DNA of 64,000 bases from a virus (taxonomy: Duplodnaviria; Heunggongvirae; Uroviricota; Caudoviricetes): the IMG/VR virus record IMGVR_UViG_3300028888_000044, positions 160,001 through 224,000 of that record. One strand, 5' to 3'. The notes beneath the pieces are model-generated. The model did not search any database, was not told where the DNA came from, and saw nothing but the letters and a program-made list of their open reading frames with translations. Shown piece by piece: positions 22,901 through 33,827 of this stretch. Each line of letters opens with the position of its first letter. Positions within the stretch are counted from its first letter, which is position 1. Both the position numbers and the translations under genes were made by a program.

Positions 22901-23790
22901 ATTGGGACAATGGCTTTGATGGTATTGTTGCACAAGATGATTATGAGTTTGACAAGTCTAACATCAAGATTAGTAGTGCTGAAACACGGTTTGTAAATGA
23001 TGGTGTTTTTTCAGAAAACATTTCAGGAACACCTACCAATTACTTCAAGATTATTGACCGAATAGAAAAGCAGACATTCCTTGACAATGGTTGGGTTCAG
23101 TTATCTGAAAGCAGTGAGGATTATATTAAGGCAAACAGTGTAAGGAATTATTTCAACGGCAACAATCCTCATACTGGTCATTTCAATTATGATGGAGGGT
23201 TCTCTTATATGAACTATTTTGCAAAGCTGTTCAACGCTTCTTATGACGCAAATCTATTTGATGAGAGAAAATATGAAGGTAATTTCGAGCAAGAGTATGA
23301 ATATATCGGTGAAATTGGTTTCAAGAACTTGATAACACCGCCAGTTTGTGATAAGATATATCCATTGTATGAAGATACAAAGATTCATTTCTTTGGCGAT
23401 TGGTTCGACATTAGTGGTGATACGGAAACGGAACACCATTTTGATAGAAGAGACGCTGAATCTTGGTACGACTACAATTACTATGCAGAACAAATTAATA
23501 AATTAAACACAGCATACACAGCTTGTACTATTGAGGATGATTCTGTAGAGGATGACGAAAGGTATGTATGCATAGGTATACAACCAGATGGTGAAACGTC
23601 ACAGATTGTCAACACGAAGGTGGTGGAGATTACAATAAACATCTTGGGTGGCAATTGCGAAGGTGATTTATATTCCAAGGATGCTATGGAGGAAATAAAG
23701 TATTATCAAGATGTGGTTATGCCGTATGTTGCACAAATGATACCTTCAACGGCAATCGTGAAGGTAACATATAAGTTGAAACAAAACTAA
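19993..23790 (+). CDS. Large baseplate/tail protein (gp7/tail-P2-I-like element), 1265 aa
   Basis: FGREFDEIK.YID...N.PD..L and RLKLNS.HILRHKGT..GVEM.FG.FG resemble the baseplate wedge HKGT motif; last gene before a terminator. Confidence 0.6.
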   Translation: MAYIKSHSNYVLKKKHQRTDDGVIYERDYTTIGGIDNFAARQVPKYKSGNFIITINDENVQYKSNALKNWAENEHGTTWTYSDVQDASAETEYTEDKIVLKNDYYKLSDFAYYGSCAELVRGSVNGILSTFPGELYVTDSTMASLNFYIDGDTEKRYNDALLVDNPFNIDIYTEWITDDNDEKQLKYLAANEHWVNYEILDKDEEVVASAFTVNVIKYDTVCNKDEIEYAKRNNLPIPPQKYKNGSMIYGVNFSGEGMQSFAIICVKYNQNLIYFTPDVSAKGYHIRPKKSFIDKFFNSLDSFQSVILNPKSDPKYTVYFEIMSEGEYGYDTSVQSFTFPTTYGGYNIGSDEAGINSYISRFVSISEFYDTHFSDNLYRMLTHDSIKNFDWSYTKGGNENSEYTENGEKLAQVIRLFGREFDEIKFYIDGITHYNQITYNDKNNIPDYFLSDELATEGFDVKSIYPLTLNEFITGCTEEDGDFKYYRGLDESGLCFTSDFENITAQAINENENIVIGNNGAIYKLNRIFNQDLKTQIKPYTNERLKYKFGYFNICDGRTSGTIDDCDGKYAKEAITEVNKNKKTKLIRVGDTVLKKKLLVNKRIKKYSSEKEYSYKDINRMFLKRLKLNSRHILRHKGTIQGVEMMFGMFGLVSKNFVNKYAELYTESAFTESFPLSVNDWDYDIKEYTTVTNPILDPYWCCKGMPRIDWYNSTKTIQYNTVDFKNGIYHSYQGLPIKHRDIYVAIEKTDDGYVISGDSIYDAIIDKDIKEVISYNKDTFELVYMKNDFSSETTLAYKYHNIYPYFNGEDRYDGNPYYQMNGGWLCNSPYSFDNNNNIMSKEDSCVFTETVDTLKIVENIKQLVDLPVNELMNGEIYKVNNLDGEYLLVDGYLYTVYKDFKNNRYINIIVANNSVTIGYHTFSEKIYVSNVYGNCNLNNDDDYSTEGNEEIRMYDISLLDNGDSIRIYLNWDNGFDGIVAQDDYEFDKSNIKISSAETRFVNDGVFSENISGTPTNYFKIIDRIEKQTFLDNGWVQLSESSEDYIKANSVRNYFNGNNPHTGHFNYDGGFSYMNYFAKLFNASYDANLFDERKYEGNFEQEYEYIGEIGFKNLITPPVCDKIYPLYEDTKIHFFGDWFDISGDTETEHHFDRRDAESWYDYNYYAEQINKLNTAYTACTIEDDSVEDDERYVCIGIQPDGETSQIVNTKVVEITINILGGNCEGDLYSKDAMEEIKYYQDVVMPYVAQMIPSTAIVKVTYKLKQN

Positions 23791-23821
23791 AAAACCTATA
23801 CAAAACGTATAGGTTTTTTTT
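23789..23821. terminator. Bidirectional intrinsic terminator
   Basis: AAAAAACCTATAC-AAAAC-GTATAGGTTTTTTTT between convergent genes. Confidence 0.85.
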
Positions 23822-23826
23822 ATATT

Positions 23827-24651
23827 TTAATAGTTAATTAGTTTTTCTGCATTGTTATCAATATCAGATAATTGTGATATTTCGTAGTTATAGTATCCAT
23901 ATGCAGAAGGTAATTCAACGAATTCGTGTGTCTTGTTTTCCATATCCCAAACAACGAATCCGTGTTGTGTGACTGTTTCACCGTAGTTCTGTTGTATCAG
24001 TGAGCCTGGATATACTATCTCAACGTCACCTCTCTTGATGACTTGATATTTGTGAATATCACCAGCCATTACTATATCACATCCTTCGAACAGTTCACCG
24101 TCCATACCGCTATCTGCCACATATCCGTTGAATAGTTGCGCTCCCTTGACCGTTCCGTGGTAAAGACCTACAATTGTATTTGTTGGGCATTCCATTATTG
24201 CCGAATCAATATCTGGTCTGCTGAATCTGTCGTGGATTGAAAATAAAGCCCAAGTGATTCCATCATCAACGATACAAGCGCTTTTATAGTCTGTTGCCAT
24301 ATCGAAATAGAATACGTTATCGAACATTGCTGTCTCGAAAATACCAGTCAATGTGTCTGTTCGACTCTTGTTGTTGACAAGCAAGTCGTGGTTCCCACTG
24401 TAAATCAATACTTGGCATATATCTGACAATTGCCTCAAGAAGGCGCTTGAGAATACAATAAGCTCATTTGATATGTCGTTCTTCTGATGAACCAAGTCAC
24501 CACATATGAGTATTCTGACTTCATCCTTATTGTATTTTGAAGTCAGTTCCTTGCACTTATTTATCAGTTTGTCAAACTGTTCGGCATATTCATCGTGTCT
24601 ATGCAAATTGTGTATGTGTACATCTGCTATTTGTATAACCAATTTAATCAT
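23827..24651 (-). CDS. Mre11/SbcD (gp47-like) metallophosphoesterase nuclease subunit, short form
   Basis: Motifs IADVH, CGDLVH, GNHD, LYHG, AGDIH, YPGSLIQQNYGE...HGF. Confidence 0.88.
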   Translation of the reverse strand: MIKLVIQIADVHIHNLHRHDEYAEQFDKLINKCKELTSKYNKDEVRILICGDLVHQKNDISNELIVFSSAFLRQLSDICQVLIYSGNHDLLVNNKSRTDTLTGIFETAMFDNVFYFDMATDYKSACIVDDGITWALFSIHDRFSRPDIDSAIMECPTNTIVGLYHGTVKGAQLFNGYVADSGMDGELFEGCDIVMAGDIHKYQVIKRGDVEIVYPGSLIQQNYGETVTQHGFVVWDMENKTHEFVELPSAYGYYNYEISQLSDIDNNAEKLINY

Positions 24652-24670
24652 ATAAAAAACGTTACTATAG

Positions 24671-24701
24671 CAAATATACTAAAAAAAATGTTAAAATCAA
24701 A
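24671..24701 (-). promoter_or_regulatory. Bacteroidota sigma-A promoter TTTG-N19-TATATTTG driving the SbcD-like gene
   Basis: Reverse complement of caaa (24698-24701) and caaatata (24671-24678) with a 19-nt spacer matches the -33/-7 consensus. Confidence 0.75.
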
Positions 24702-24702
24702 A

Positions 24703-24710
24703 CTATTTAT
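24703..24710 (+). promoter_or_regulatory. (C)TATTTAT motif, putative late promoter for the module-gene cluster
   Basis: Lies 18 nt before ATG 24729. Confidence 0.45.
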
Positions 24711-24728
24711 TGATATATTTGTGAAAAA

Positions 24729-26993
24729 ATGAAACAATATAAACATATTTTATTAGAGGTACTGAATCAATATTTGTCAAGAAACTTGTTATTGACAGAA
24801 GACCAAGAGCGTACAATCAGAAACAAGATTGCACGAGGTGTGGCAGCTATCACAAACATGGATGCCACAAGCCAAGAAGTGCAGTCTATGACTGACGATA
24901 TTTGGAACACATATGTCAAGCACCCTATTGAAGGAGAGAAGCGTCAGAATGACGAGGTTTGGGCAATCAACACCGTTATCAACCGATTGATTCCATATGC
25001 CGTTAGGAAAGATGAAGATGGCAATTTCTTTGTTAATAAAAGCATTAGGGTAAAGAACGCCTTTGAGAACCTTATACAAGCCCAAAGAAAGGAACAAAAA
25101 TCAAAGAAACAGTTGTGGGGAGATAAGGAAAGTTTGCATTATTGGAATGTAAATAAAAAGTACAATGATGCCATTGAAGCCTCAAAGGAATATAAAGAGG
25201 GTAAGTATCATTATACAGTATATAAAGTTGAAGGCTATCATACGCCAATTAAAGGATTGGGAATGACTGTTACTGAACTTGGCAAATATACTGGTGGGCG
25301 AGGCGCTGTACCATTATGCTATACTCAATCACAAAGTACATATAACGGTTATACTAAAAACAACACATACGATATGTACGCTTTACTACGTGATGGATGG
25401 CAAGATGAACCTTGTGAGCTAGATGAGACTACTTATCCATTGGATAGTTATGGACTGTCAATAATATTTGTTATTGTAAACCCAAATAATGGTAAAATTG
25501 AGTTCAACAATGTTAGATGGAATCATGGACCAGAACGTTATAATAGAAGTGTTGATAATATTTTCTCATGCAATGAATTGAGAGATATTGTTGGTAGTGA
25601 TATTATGAAACAGATTAACACGAAATCCGCAGTTGATAAGGAGTTACAATTAACATATGACATAGAAGAAAAATTAAATGATGAAAACATACCACTTAAA
25701 GATATATTTCCTACTATTTTATATGTAAATAGAGACCTATATAAAGTATATGTAGAAAATTATTGTAATTTTATTAATCCAGAAACAAGAGAATTACTAA
25801 GTGATATATGGTTTAGTTCTATATACGATTTTAAATACAATATTGCGGCTGAAGTTTGCAAAGATGGAAAATGGAATTTGTTATTTAAAGATGGTACGTT
25901 AGCGAGAAACACTGAAGACATAAACCAATGGTTTGATGGTGCAAAATATTTAGGAAGATTTCTATGGTTTGTTAGTATGAATAACAAATTCAATATATAT
26001 GATATGTCAAAAAAGGAATGTGTTTCAATAATATGGTTTGATAATATAATGTATGATGAATATAATATAGATAGTTTTATAATAGTTGTATGCGGCAAAA
26101 AATTTAATTTAATAGGTAAAAATGGTTTAGTTATCAAAAGACCTATAGAAAAATGGCTTGATAATGCAAAGAAATTAGATAATTTTGTAAATATTGTAGT
26201 AAATATAGATTCAAAAACCAACATTGTAAATTATTATAATGGATTATTAAGTGAAGAATGGTTTAATATGATTGATATTAATCCAGATTTATACTATGGG
26301 CATGGCTTTGTACGCGGAGTGATTAAAGATAAATTTGCAAAAATATATTTAGAAGACAATAATATTGAAGTCAAATTTACTAATGGTGAAACAGTAATTG
26401 ACTATAAAAGAGAAAGCCCATCTTTTAAAGATTGGTACATAGTTACTATAGGGCATAATCAAAACTATATGGATAAGGAAGGGCATTTTATATTTAATAC
26501 GTGGTTTAAAACTATTGACGATATAACTCCAGATAGATTGGTAATAGTACGAGTTTATGACTATTGGAACTTCATAACACCACAAGGTAAGCTATTATTT
26601 GATTTACCATTAACAAAATGGTTGGATAACATATCACCAGTTAATCTTCCAAATTATTGGATGATAAGAAAGGGTTGGAAATTTAACATAGTAACACCAA
26701 ATTGTACTTTTTTATTTGATGAAAGTTTGGATGCAATAGCATATTTGGACAATGGATTGCTTTTGAAAAAGGGTGAAAAACAGAATATGTTGATTGTAGA
26801 TAATGAAACAAACCAATTTAAATTGGCATGGGATGCACCATTTGACAAATGGTTTGATGCAATTATTGGACCAATAACACAATATAAATTCTGTGAAGGA
26901 GAATTTTGGGTTAGGTCACAAGATGAAAATACTAATAAGCCACAAATTATCGCAGTTAAAGGTGATAAAATACTTGGTATAGTAGCTGAATAA
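24729..26993 (+). CDS. Module-family protein (copy 1): leader + conserved CYT/YGLS/RWNH core + WG-like beta-repeats
   Basis: Leader ends LLLTE. Core at ~24801-25660 (PLCYTQS, YALLRDGWQ, YPLDSYGLS, NNVRWNHGP, VDNIF), followed by degenerate WFD..F....V...K.N.I...G repeats. Confidence 0.85.
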   Translation: MKQYKHILLEVLNQYLSRNLLLTEDQERTIRNKIARGVAAITNMDATSQEVQSMTDDIWNTYVKHPIEGEKRQNDEVWAINTVINRLIPYAVRKDEDGNFFVNKSIRVKNAFENLIQAQRKEQKSKKQLWGDKESLHYWNVNKKYNDAIEASKEYKEGKYHYTVYKVEGYHTPIKGLGMTVTELGKYTGGRGAVPLCYTQSQSTYNGYTKNNTYDMYALLRDGWQDEPCELDETTYPLDSYGLSIIFVIVNPNNGKIEFNNVRWNHGPERYNRSVDNIFSCNELRDIVGSDIMKQINTKSAVDKELQLTYDIEEKLNDENIPLKDIFPTILYVNRDLYKVYVENYCNFINPETRELLSDIWFSSIYDFKYNIAAEVCKDGKWNLLFKDGTLARNTEDINQWFDGAKYLGRFLWFVSMNNKFNIYDMSKKECVSIIWFDNIMYDEYNIDSFIIVVCGKKFNLIGKNGLVIKRPIEKWLDNAKKLDNFVNIVVNIDSKTNIVNYYNGLLSEEWFNMIDINPDLYYGHGFVRGVIKDKFAKIYLEDNNIEVKFTNGETVIDYKRESPSFKDWYIVTIGHNQNYMDKEGHFIFNTWFKTIDDITPDRLVIVRVYDYWNFITPQGKLLFDLPLTKWLDNISPVNLPNYWMIRKGWKFNIVTPNCTFLFDESLDAIAYLDNGLLLKKGEKQNMLIVDNETNQFKLAWDAPFDKWFDAIIGPITQYKFCEGEFWVRSQDENTNKPQIIAVKGDKILGIVAE

Positions 26994-27004
26994 TTATAAG
27001 AACA

Positions 27005-30000
27005 ATGGATAACATATATATAACAAATAAGTTTTCAAAAAAGGATATTAAATTGAATGAAAGTTTCTTGTTAACAGAAGACCAAGAACGCACAATCAGA
27101 AACAAGATTGCGCGAGGTGTCGCATCTATTACGAAAATGGATGTTGCGAGTCAAGAAGTACAGTCAATGACTGATGATATTTGGAACACATATGTAAAGC
27201 ATCCAATTGAAGGTGAGAAGCGTCAGAATGATGAAGTGTGGGCAATCAACACTGTTATCAGCAGATTGGTTCCATATGTTGTAAGACGAAATGTGGATGG
27301 TAGTTTCTTTGTATACAAGAATCCAAGAATTAAGAATTCCTTTGAGAACTTGATACAAGCGCAAAGGAAAGAACAGCAGTCAAAGAGACAGTTGTGGGCT
27401 GATGATGAAAGCTTGACCTATTGGAACACCAATAAGAAATATGCTGATGCACTTCAAAATTGGAACAAGCAAACCGAAGCTAAATATCATTATACTGTTT
27501 ATAAGGTTGAAGACTACTATACACCAATTGAAGGTTTGGGAATGACTGTCACTGAACTTGGTAACTATACTGGAGGTCAAGGTGCAGTTCCATTGTGTTA
27601 TACGCAATCTGAAGATACATATGATAATTATACCCATGATGGTAAGTATACAATGTATGCTCTGTTGCGAGATGGATGGCAAGATGAACCTTGTGAGATG
27701 GATAAGACTACTTATCCATTGGACAGTTATGGTCTTTCAATGATATTTGTGATTGTGTCCCCTAATGGAGATATTGAATACAGTAACGTTAGGTGGAATC
27801 ACGGTCCTAAAAATTATGCAAGAAATGTTGATAATATATTCTCATTTGGAGAATTGAGAGACATTGTTGGTAGCAATACAATTGAGCAACTTGATTTAAA
27901 ATTTGCGGTTGATAAATCATTACAGTTGACTTTGATGTTTGAGAAATTAATAAAGTCTGGTAATAGTATTCGTAGCAAATTTAATGTTGATTATAATAAT
28001 AGCAGACCACTTCGTATAGATTTTGAGGATGATTATTATAATTTTGTTGATAGCAATAATAATTTGTTAAGCGATAAATGGTTTGATTTTGCATACAGAT
28101 TTGAAAATGGATATGCTGTGGTCACATTGAATAACCGTGAAAATTTGTTAAGAATAGATGGCTCATTGGTATGGGATAAACCAGAAGATGAATGGTTTGA
28201 CCAAATTACAAACCGTTTTGATGAAGGAGTTGTAATAGTATGTCGTGATGAGATGTTCAATTTCCTAAGGGAAGATGGAACATTGGTTTGGGATACAGAA
28301 GATACAAGTGAATGGTTTGAAAATGCTAATGATTTTGAAGATGGATTAGCGTTGGTTGGCAACTGGAGTGAAGATGAATACAATTTCTTAACATTAGATG
28401 GAGAATTGCTTTTAGACAGATATTATAACAAGATAGGTGATTTTAAAATGGTTTCGCAAGGGTAAGACTTGATGATAAGGAAAATTTCATACGTATAAAC
28501 GGTACTTTGGTATGGGATAAACCAGAAGATAAATGGTTTGATTGGACATCGGATTTTTGTAAAGGTTTGGCAGAAGTAAGAATTGGTACTCAATGGAATT
28601 TCTTGAGAACTAATGGAACATTGCTTTGTGACAGAAATTATGACAGTACAACACCATTTAATATAAATGGTTTTGCTTGTGTTGAACTTAATAAATACGA
28701 AAATGTCATACGTAGAGACGGTACTTTAGTATGGGATAAACCAATAGGACAATGGTTTGATGAAGTATATATTCTAGATGACGATGAACCAGATTTAGTT
28801 GCTGTGGCATTCAAGAATGGTGTTCGTTATTATTTAAAAAAAGATGGTCATTTGTATGACGGTGACGATGCTAGTATTAGAATTCAAGAAAACAAGCAAT
28901 CAAGGCAAATATTGGCCGAAGAGGATTCTCGTATCAAAGGAACAAAAAATACCATAATCAACAACATTTCATCTCTCATCAATAAGCCGAAGACAGACCC
29001 GACAGTATTGCAATTGGCTCAAGAAGTATGGGACACTTATGTAGTAAAGCCTATAGCAGGTGAAAATCGTCAAATTGACGAATATATCGCAATTAGAAGC
29101 AATATTCCAAGGTTGTTGCATTACGTCTTAAAACAGAATATTGACGATGATGACAATATGTACTACTACATCAGTAAGAATCAAAAGTTTAGAAACAGTT
29201 TTGAAAACTTGATACAAAAGCAAAGGCAAGATAACAAAACTCCAATTCTTGGCGATACCGACAACAACTTCGTATTTTGGGATACTAGCAACAAATACAA
29301 CGAAGCGCTTCGTGCAGCAGACGAGCATGTTGTCAGTGCAAGAAGTAATTACTCTGTTTATAAGGTTGAAGACTACGATACACCAATCGAAGGTTTGAAC
29401 TGTACTGTTACTGAACTTGGTCAATTTACTGGTGGACAAGGTGCAGTTCCATTGTGTTATACGCAATCCAAATCTACATATGATAATTATACCAAAAATA
29501 ACAAATACGATATGTATGCGTTATTGCGTGATGGATGGCAGAACGAACCTTGTGAAATAGGAGAAGATTATCCATTGGACAGTTATGGCTTGTCAATGAT
29601 ATTCGTCATTATAGATGAAGCTGGTAATATACAGACAAACAATGTAAGATGGAATCACGGTCCTAATAGATATTCAAGAAGTGTTGACAATATATTCTCT
29701 TATGAGGAATTGGAATCTGTCGTAGGAACTTCTGTATTGAAGACGATTTCAGTTCATACAGCAATCGATGAATCACTTCGTTTGACATATGATTTTGAAA
29801 AAGCTGTTCAAGATAATGATATGCGCAAATTAAACAGTATAGAATGTTGTAAATATATTAGAGAGCTTGATTCGTATGAAATTATATATGGTGATAAATT
29901 TAATATAATGGATTCTGACAATAATCTACTTTCTGACATATGGTTTGACCAAATTTATTCCTTTGATAATGGTTATGCAATTGTTACAATTTCTGATAAA

Positions 30001-33000
30001 GAGAATCTTTTAGATTTAAATGGAAATTTAGTAGTAAAAAAACCAGTTGATGAATGGCCAGAATGCTGTGGGCATATGCATTGCGGTTATGCTGTTATTC
30101 GTAACAATTCAAAATATAATTATATTGGTCAAAACGGCAAATATTTATGGGATAAACCAGAAAATGAATGGTTTGACGATGCAGATTCATTTTCAGAAAA
30201 ATATAATACTGCACGTGTTAAGTTAAATGGTAAATTCAATCATATTAAGACAGATGGCACATTTGTATGGAATAAGCCAATAAATGAATGGTTTAATGGA
30301 ATGTTAAGAGAAGTTTCAAATGGTGTTATTTGTGTTCAATATGACATAAATACAGAAAATTATTGTAAGAGAGCTTATAATTATTTGAAATTGGATGGAA
30401 CATTATTATATAATGTACCAAAAGAAGAATGGTTTGATAGGGTGTATAATTTTGCAGAAGGGTTTGGACCTGTCGAAAAAAATTATAAGCACAACTTCAT
30501 TAATTTAGATGGTAAAATTATCAGTAAGGTGTGGTTTGATGATACATGCCCATTTCGTAATGGTTTTGCCAAAGTTTGCATTATAAAAAACAACAAAGAA
30601 TATTGGAATTTCTTAAAGCCAAATGGTACTTGCTTATTTGCTGAACCATTTGATGCAACAAGCGATTTTACAAATGGTGTTGCTGTTGTAGGTAGAAAAG
30701 GACGTTTTAATTATGCTACTGCTGATGGTAAATTTCTTTGGAATAAACAAGACAAATACTGGTTTGACGCTGTAAAAGATTTTTATTTCGGACGCGGTGT
30801 TGTATGTTTAAAAAATAAATATAACTTTTTGTTAAGTAATGGGACATTATTGCTAGAAAATTGGGCTGATTATATTTTAAGATACCCTAAATATGATGTT
30901 GATTTATCATCTATAAGAATTAACCATAAATATAATTTATGTGATTCTCAACGTTTCTTTATTGATGGTCCTTTGAATACTTGGTTGGATTCAGTTCAGT
31001 TTTTAAGGGAAGGATATATCACCATCGAAAAAAACAACAAATATAATTTTCTTTCCACTAATATGGAGCTATTATGGGATAAACCAGAAGAAGAATGGTT
31101 TGATGACATTATTGCAATAGGTTATGGCGAAGCCAATGTTATGCTTAATGGTCAACAATATGTTTTCTCATTTGAAGATTTTACAGCAATTCGCAAACAT
31201 TTTACTGGAATGGAAGATGATGAAGATATGCTGCTTGAAAGCTTGAAGGACAGAAAGCGCACATTGTTCAATTCCATCAAGAGAAATGTTGCACAAAAGA
31301 CAAATCTCGATGTAAATGGTGAAGAAGTTGCAAATATGTCACAAGAAATTTGGAACACATATATAGAACCAATTGACGGACACGGCATAAGAAGACAAAT
31401 CACTGATAGGGATTTCTTGTCAATGCGTAATCAGATACCTAGGCTTGTCGCATATGCTGTCGTATATACCAAGCTTGAAGATGGTAGCCTTTCATTCAGA
31501 GTTGACAAGAGAAAGCGTTTGCGTGATGGTTTCCAATCATTGATAAGCAGAATAGATACTGGTGATTATGACAACATATACAGACAGTATTCAAAGTTTA
31601 TGGATGATGATTCCAACCAAAACAATGAAGAGCAGAATAACTATGTAGGTAACTATACAGTTTACAAGGTTGTTGGTTATGATATGAATCTTCAAGACTT
31701 GGAAGGAAACGAGATTAATATGACTTTGAGTGAAATAGGTCAATATACTGGTGATGATAATTCAGACCCATTGTGCTATACCGAAAGTGAAGAAACATAT
31801 AATAACTACACAGACGAAGGTAGTTATAATATGTATATATTCTTAAAAAATGGATGGGAAAAAGAAATTAGTTTACGCGCAAAAGGTTATCCATATGACA
31901 GTTATGGTTTGTCTATGATTTTTATTGTCGTATCACAACAAGGCTTGTTGGTATATTCAAATGTAAGAAGAAATCACGGTGATGGTTCTTATTCGAATGT
32001 AGACAAAATGTTTAACTATAACACACTATCTAAAGTTGTTGGCAATAATCTGCTTAATCAAATCAAAATGACTAACGTTTCTAGTGCATATGGTTTAAAT
32101 CTTCAATTGGAGAAAAAACTTGACGATGGAGAAGATTTGTCAAAAGTATTTGATACTTATGAAGAATTCCCAGAAAATGCTTTAAGAAAAGTTTTCATTG
32201 AATCTCTTGGCTTTAATTATATAGATGAAAATAATAACCTATTATTTGATGATTGGCTTGAGATGGCATTTGTATTTAAAAATGGGTCTGCTATTGTACA
32301 ATATAACAATCATAATGAGAATTCTTGGAATCTGATTGATACTGACGGTGAACCGTTATTAGCACAGAATGTAAGACACATGGATGAGTTCAATGATGGG
32401 TATTCTCGTGTTATTTTTGAAGCAAATGGTGATTATTACACAACTTATGTCGATTATAAAGGTCATCCTATAAATAATCAATTTTATAAATCTGGAAGGA
32501 ATTTCAAAAATGGATATGCAGTTGTTGCTACAGATTCTGAACATTGGTATTACATAGATACAAATGGTAAACGTATTACTAATGAAGAATATGCAACTTG
32601 TTCGGATTTTTATAGTATATTAGATAAAAAACTTGCAATAGTTATACTTTCAACTAATGGTGATACAAAACTTTATACAATCATTAATGAACAAGGAGAT
32701 AAATTGATAAAACCAACTGGTTACGTTGATTTTTTGCCTTGGGTAAGATATAAAGACTTTGATTTATCCAATGAGCATAATATTATTATCGCAAGAATAG
32801 GTAAAGATATGGCGCATACTGTTTTTATTAACGAGAATTTACAAATTGTATCTAATGGTGCATTTTATAGACATGTGGCTTATTATACTAATAATCAAAT
32901 ACTTTGTATGATAGGTAATCGTAATTATTGTATTGTTGATATACATGGAAATGTTATGACAAAAGAACCGTATATTAATATTTCTCCACCATATGAAGGA

Positions 33001-33180
33001 ATATCTAATGTTATTTTACCAAATGGTAATCGTTCATTTATAGATGCAAAAACTTGTCAAAGACTTAACAATAAAGAATATTTAAGAGTTTTTGCTTTCG
33101 TTAATGGTTACGGCACTTTTATAACATTAGAAGGTAGATATGGTAAAATTGACGAAAACGGAAACGAGTATTTTGAATAA
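27005..33180 (+). CDS. Module-family polyprotein (copies 2-4), ~2058 aa, interrupted by a -1 frameshift at ~28447 (appears as ORFs 27005-28465 and 28507-33180)
   Basis: GATTTTAAAATGG is one A short. The -1 frame continues the repeat seamlessly (DFK/NGFARVRLDDKENFIRINGTLVWDKPEDKWFD). Cores start at 27080, 28921 and 31240. Confidence 0.8.
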
Positions 33181-33181
33181 T

Positions 33182-33221
33182 AAAAAACCACTCACAAATT
33201 TTATTTTGTGAGTGGTTTTTT
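33182..33221. terminator. Bidirectional intrinsic terminator
   Basis: AAAAAACCACTCACAAA-loop-TTTGTGAGTGGTTTTTT, a long perfect stem. Confidence 0.9.
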
Positions 33222-33222
33222 A

Positions 33223-33372
33223 TTATTTGCGATAAATGTCGTGATATGCCCTTTGATAATTCCTAACCTCATTTGATGGGACAAAAACATTTCCGTGACC
33301 GTGGCTGATTGACACGAACAGACGAGCCATCAGTGCCTTTACATTGCTTGAAGGATTTACGATAGGTTTCAT
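33223..33372 (-). CDS. Small protein, 49 aa (absent from the ORF track)
   Basis: MKPIVNPSSNVKALMARLFVSISHGHGNVFVPSNEVRNYQRAYHDIYRK*; has its own host-type promoter upstream and a terminator directly downstream. Confidence 0.65.
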   Translation of the reverse strand: MKPIVNPSSNVKALMARLFVSISHGHGNVFVPSNEVRNYQRAYHDIYRK

Positions 33373-33425
33373 AGCACTAATTTTTTTGAATGTTGATATT
33401 TATTAATATAAGACACATTATACCA

Positions 33426-33457
33426 CAAATATATCACAAATTTGTGGCATAAACAAA
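33426..33457 (-). promoter_or_regulatory. Bacteroidota sigma-A promoter TTTG-N20-TATATTTG
   Basis: Reverse complement of caaa (33454-33457) and caaatata (33426-33433) with a 20-nt spacer. Confidence 0.7.
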
Positions 33458-33482
33458 TAAAAAGTATTAAAATTAGTTAAAT

Positions 33483-33827
33483 ATGCCAAGTATAAACAGA
33501 ATTTCAGTTAGGGAAGCATTCAACAATGACAATGGCAAGACAAGCGGCAACAAGCTTGTAGGTATGATTACTTGTTTCGTGTGCTTGTTCATATTTGTCT
33601 CATGTGTTGCATTCTTTTTTATCACACAAGATATGGATGAATCCATTTTGAAAATAATTGACAAGGACTTGTACTTGTACACAGTAGGTTGCGGTCTGAT
33701 GGGTGTTAAGACAATTGCCGCGTCAATTGGTAAGAACAGAATCAATTTCGGTTCTACGCACAATAAACCTAAACATAACATAGAAGAAACAATAGAGGAA
33801 GAAGATGAGGATGAAGATAAGCAATAA
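33483..33827 (+). CDS. Small two-TM membrane protein (holin-like) with acidic tail
   Basis: Hydrophobic LVGMITCFVCLFIFVSCVAFFFI and LYLYTVGCGLMGV; N-terminal DNGKTSG; overlaps the peptidase M15-like gene. Confidence 0.6.
   Translation: MPSINRISVREAFNNDNGKTSGNKLVGMITCFVCLFIFVSCVAFFFITQDMDESILKIIDKDLYLYTVGCGLMGVKTIAASIGKNRINFGSTHNKPKHNIEETIEEEDEDEDKQ

Noticed and set aside
28441-28450. Canonical programmed -1 ribosomal frameshift
   Set aside because: The in-frame heptamers (T TTT AAA, T AAA ATG) do not fit X XXY YYZ, and tandem slippage would place TAA in a decoding site. Kept only as an indel or slippage observation.
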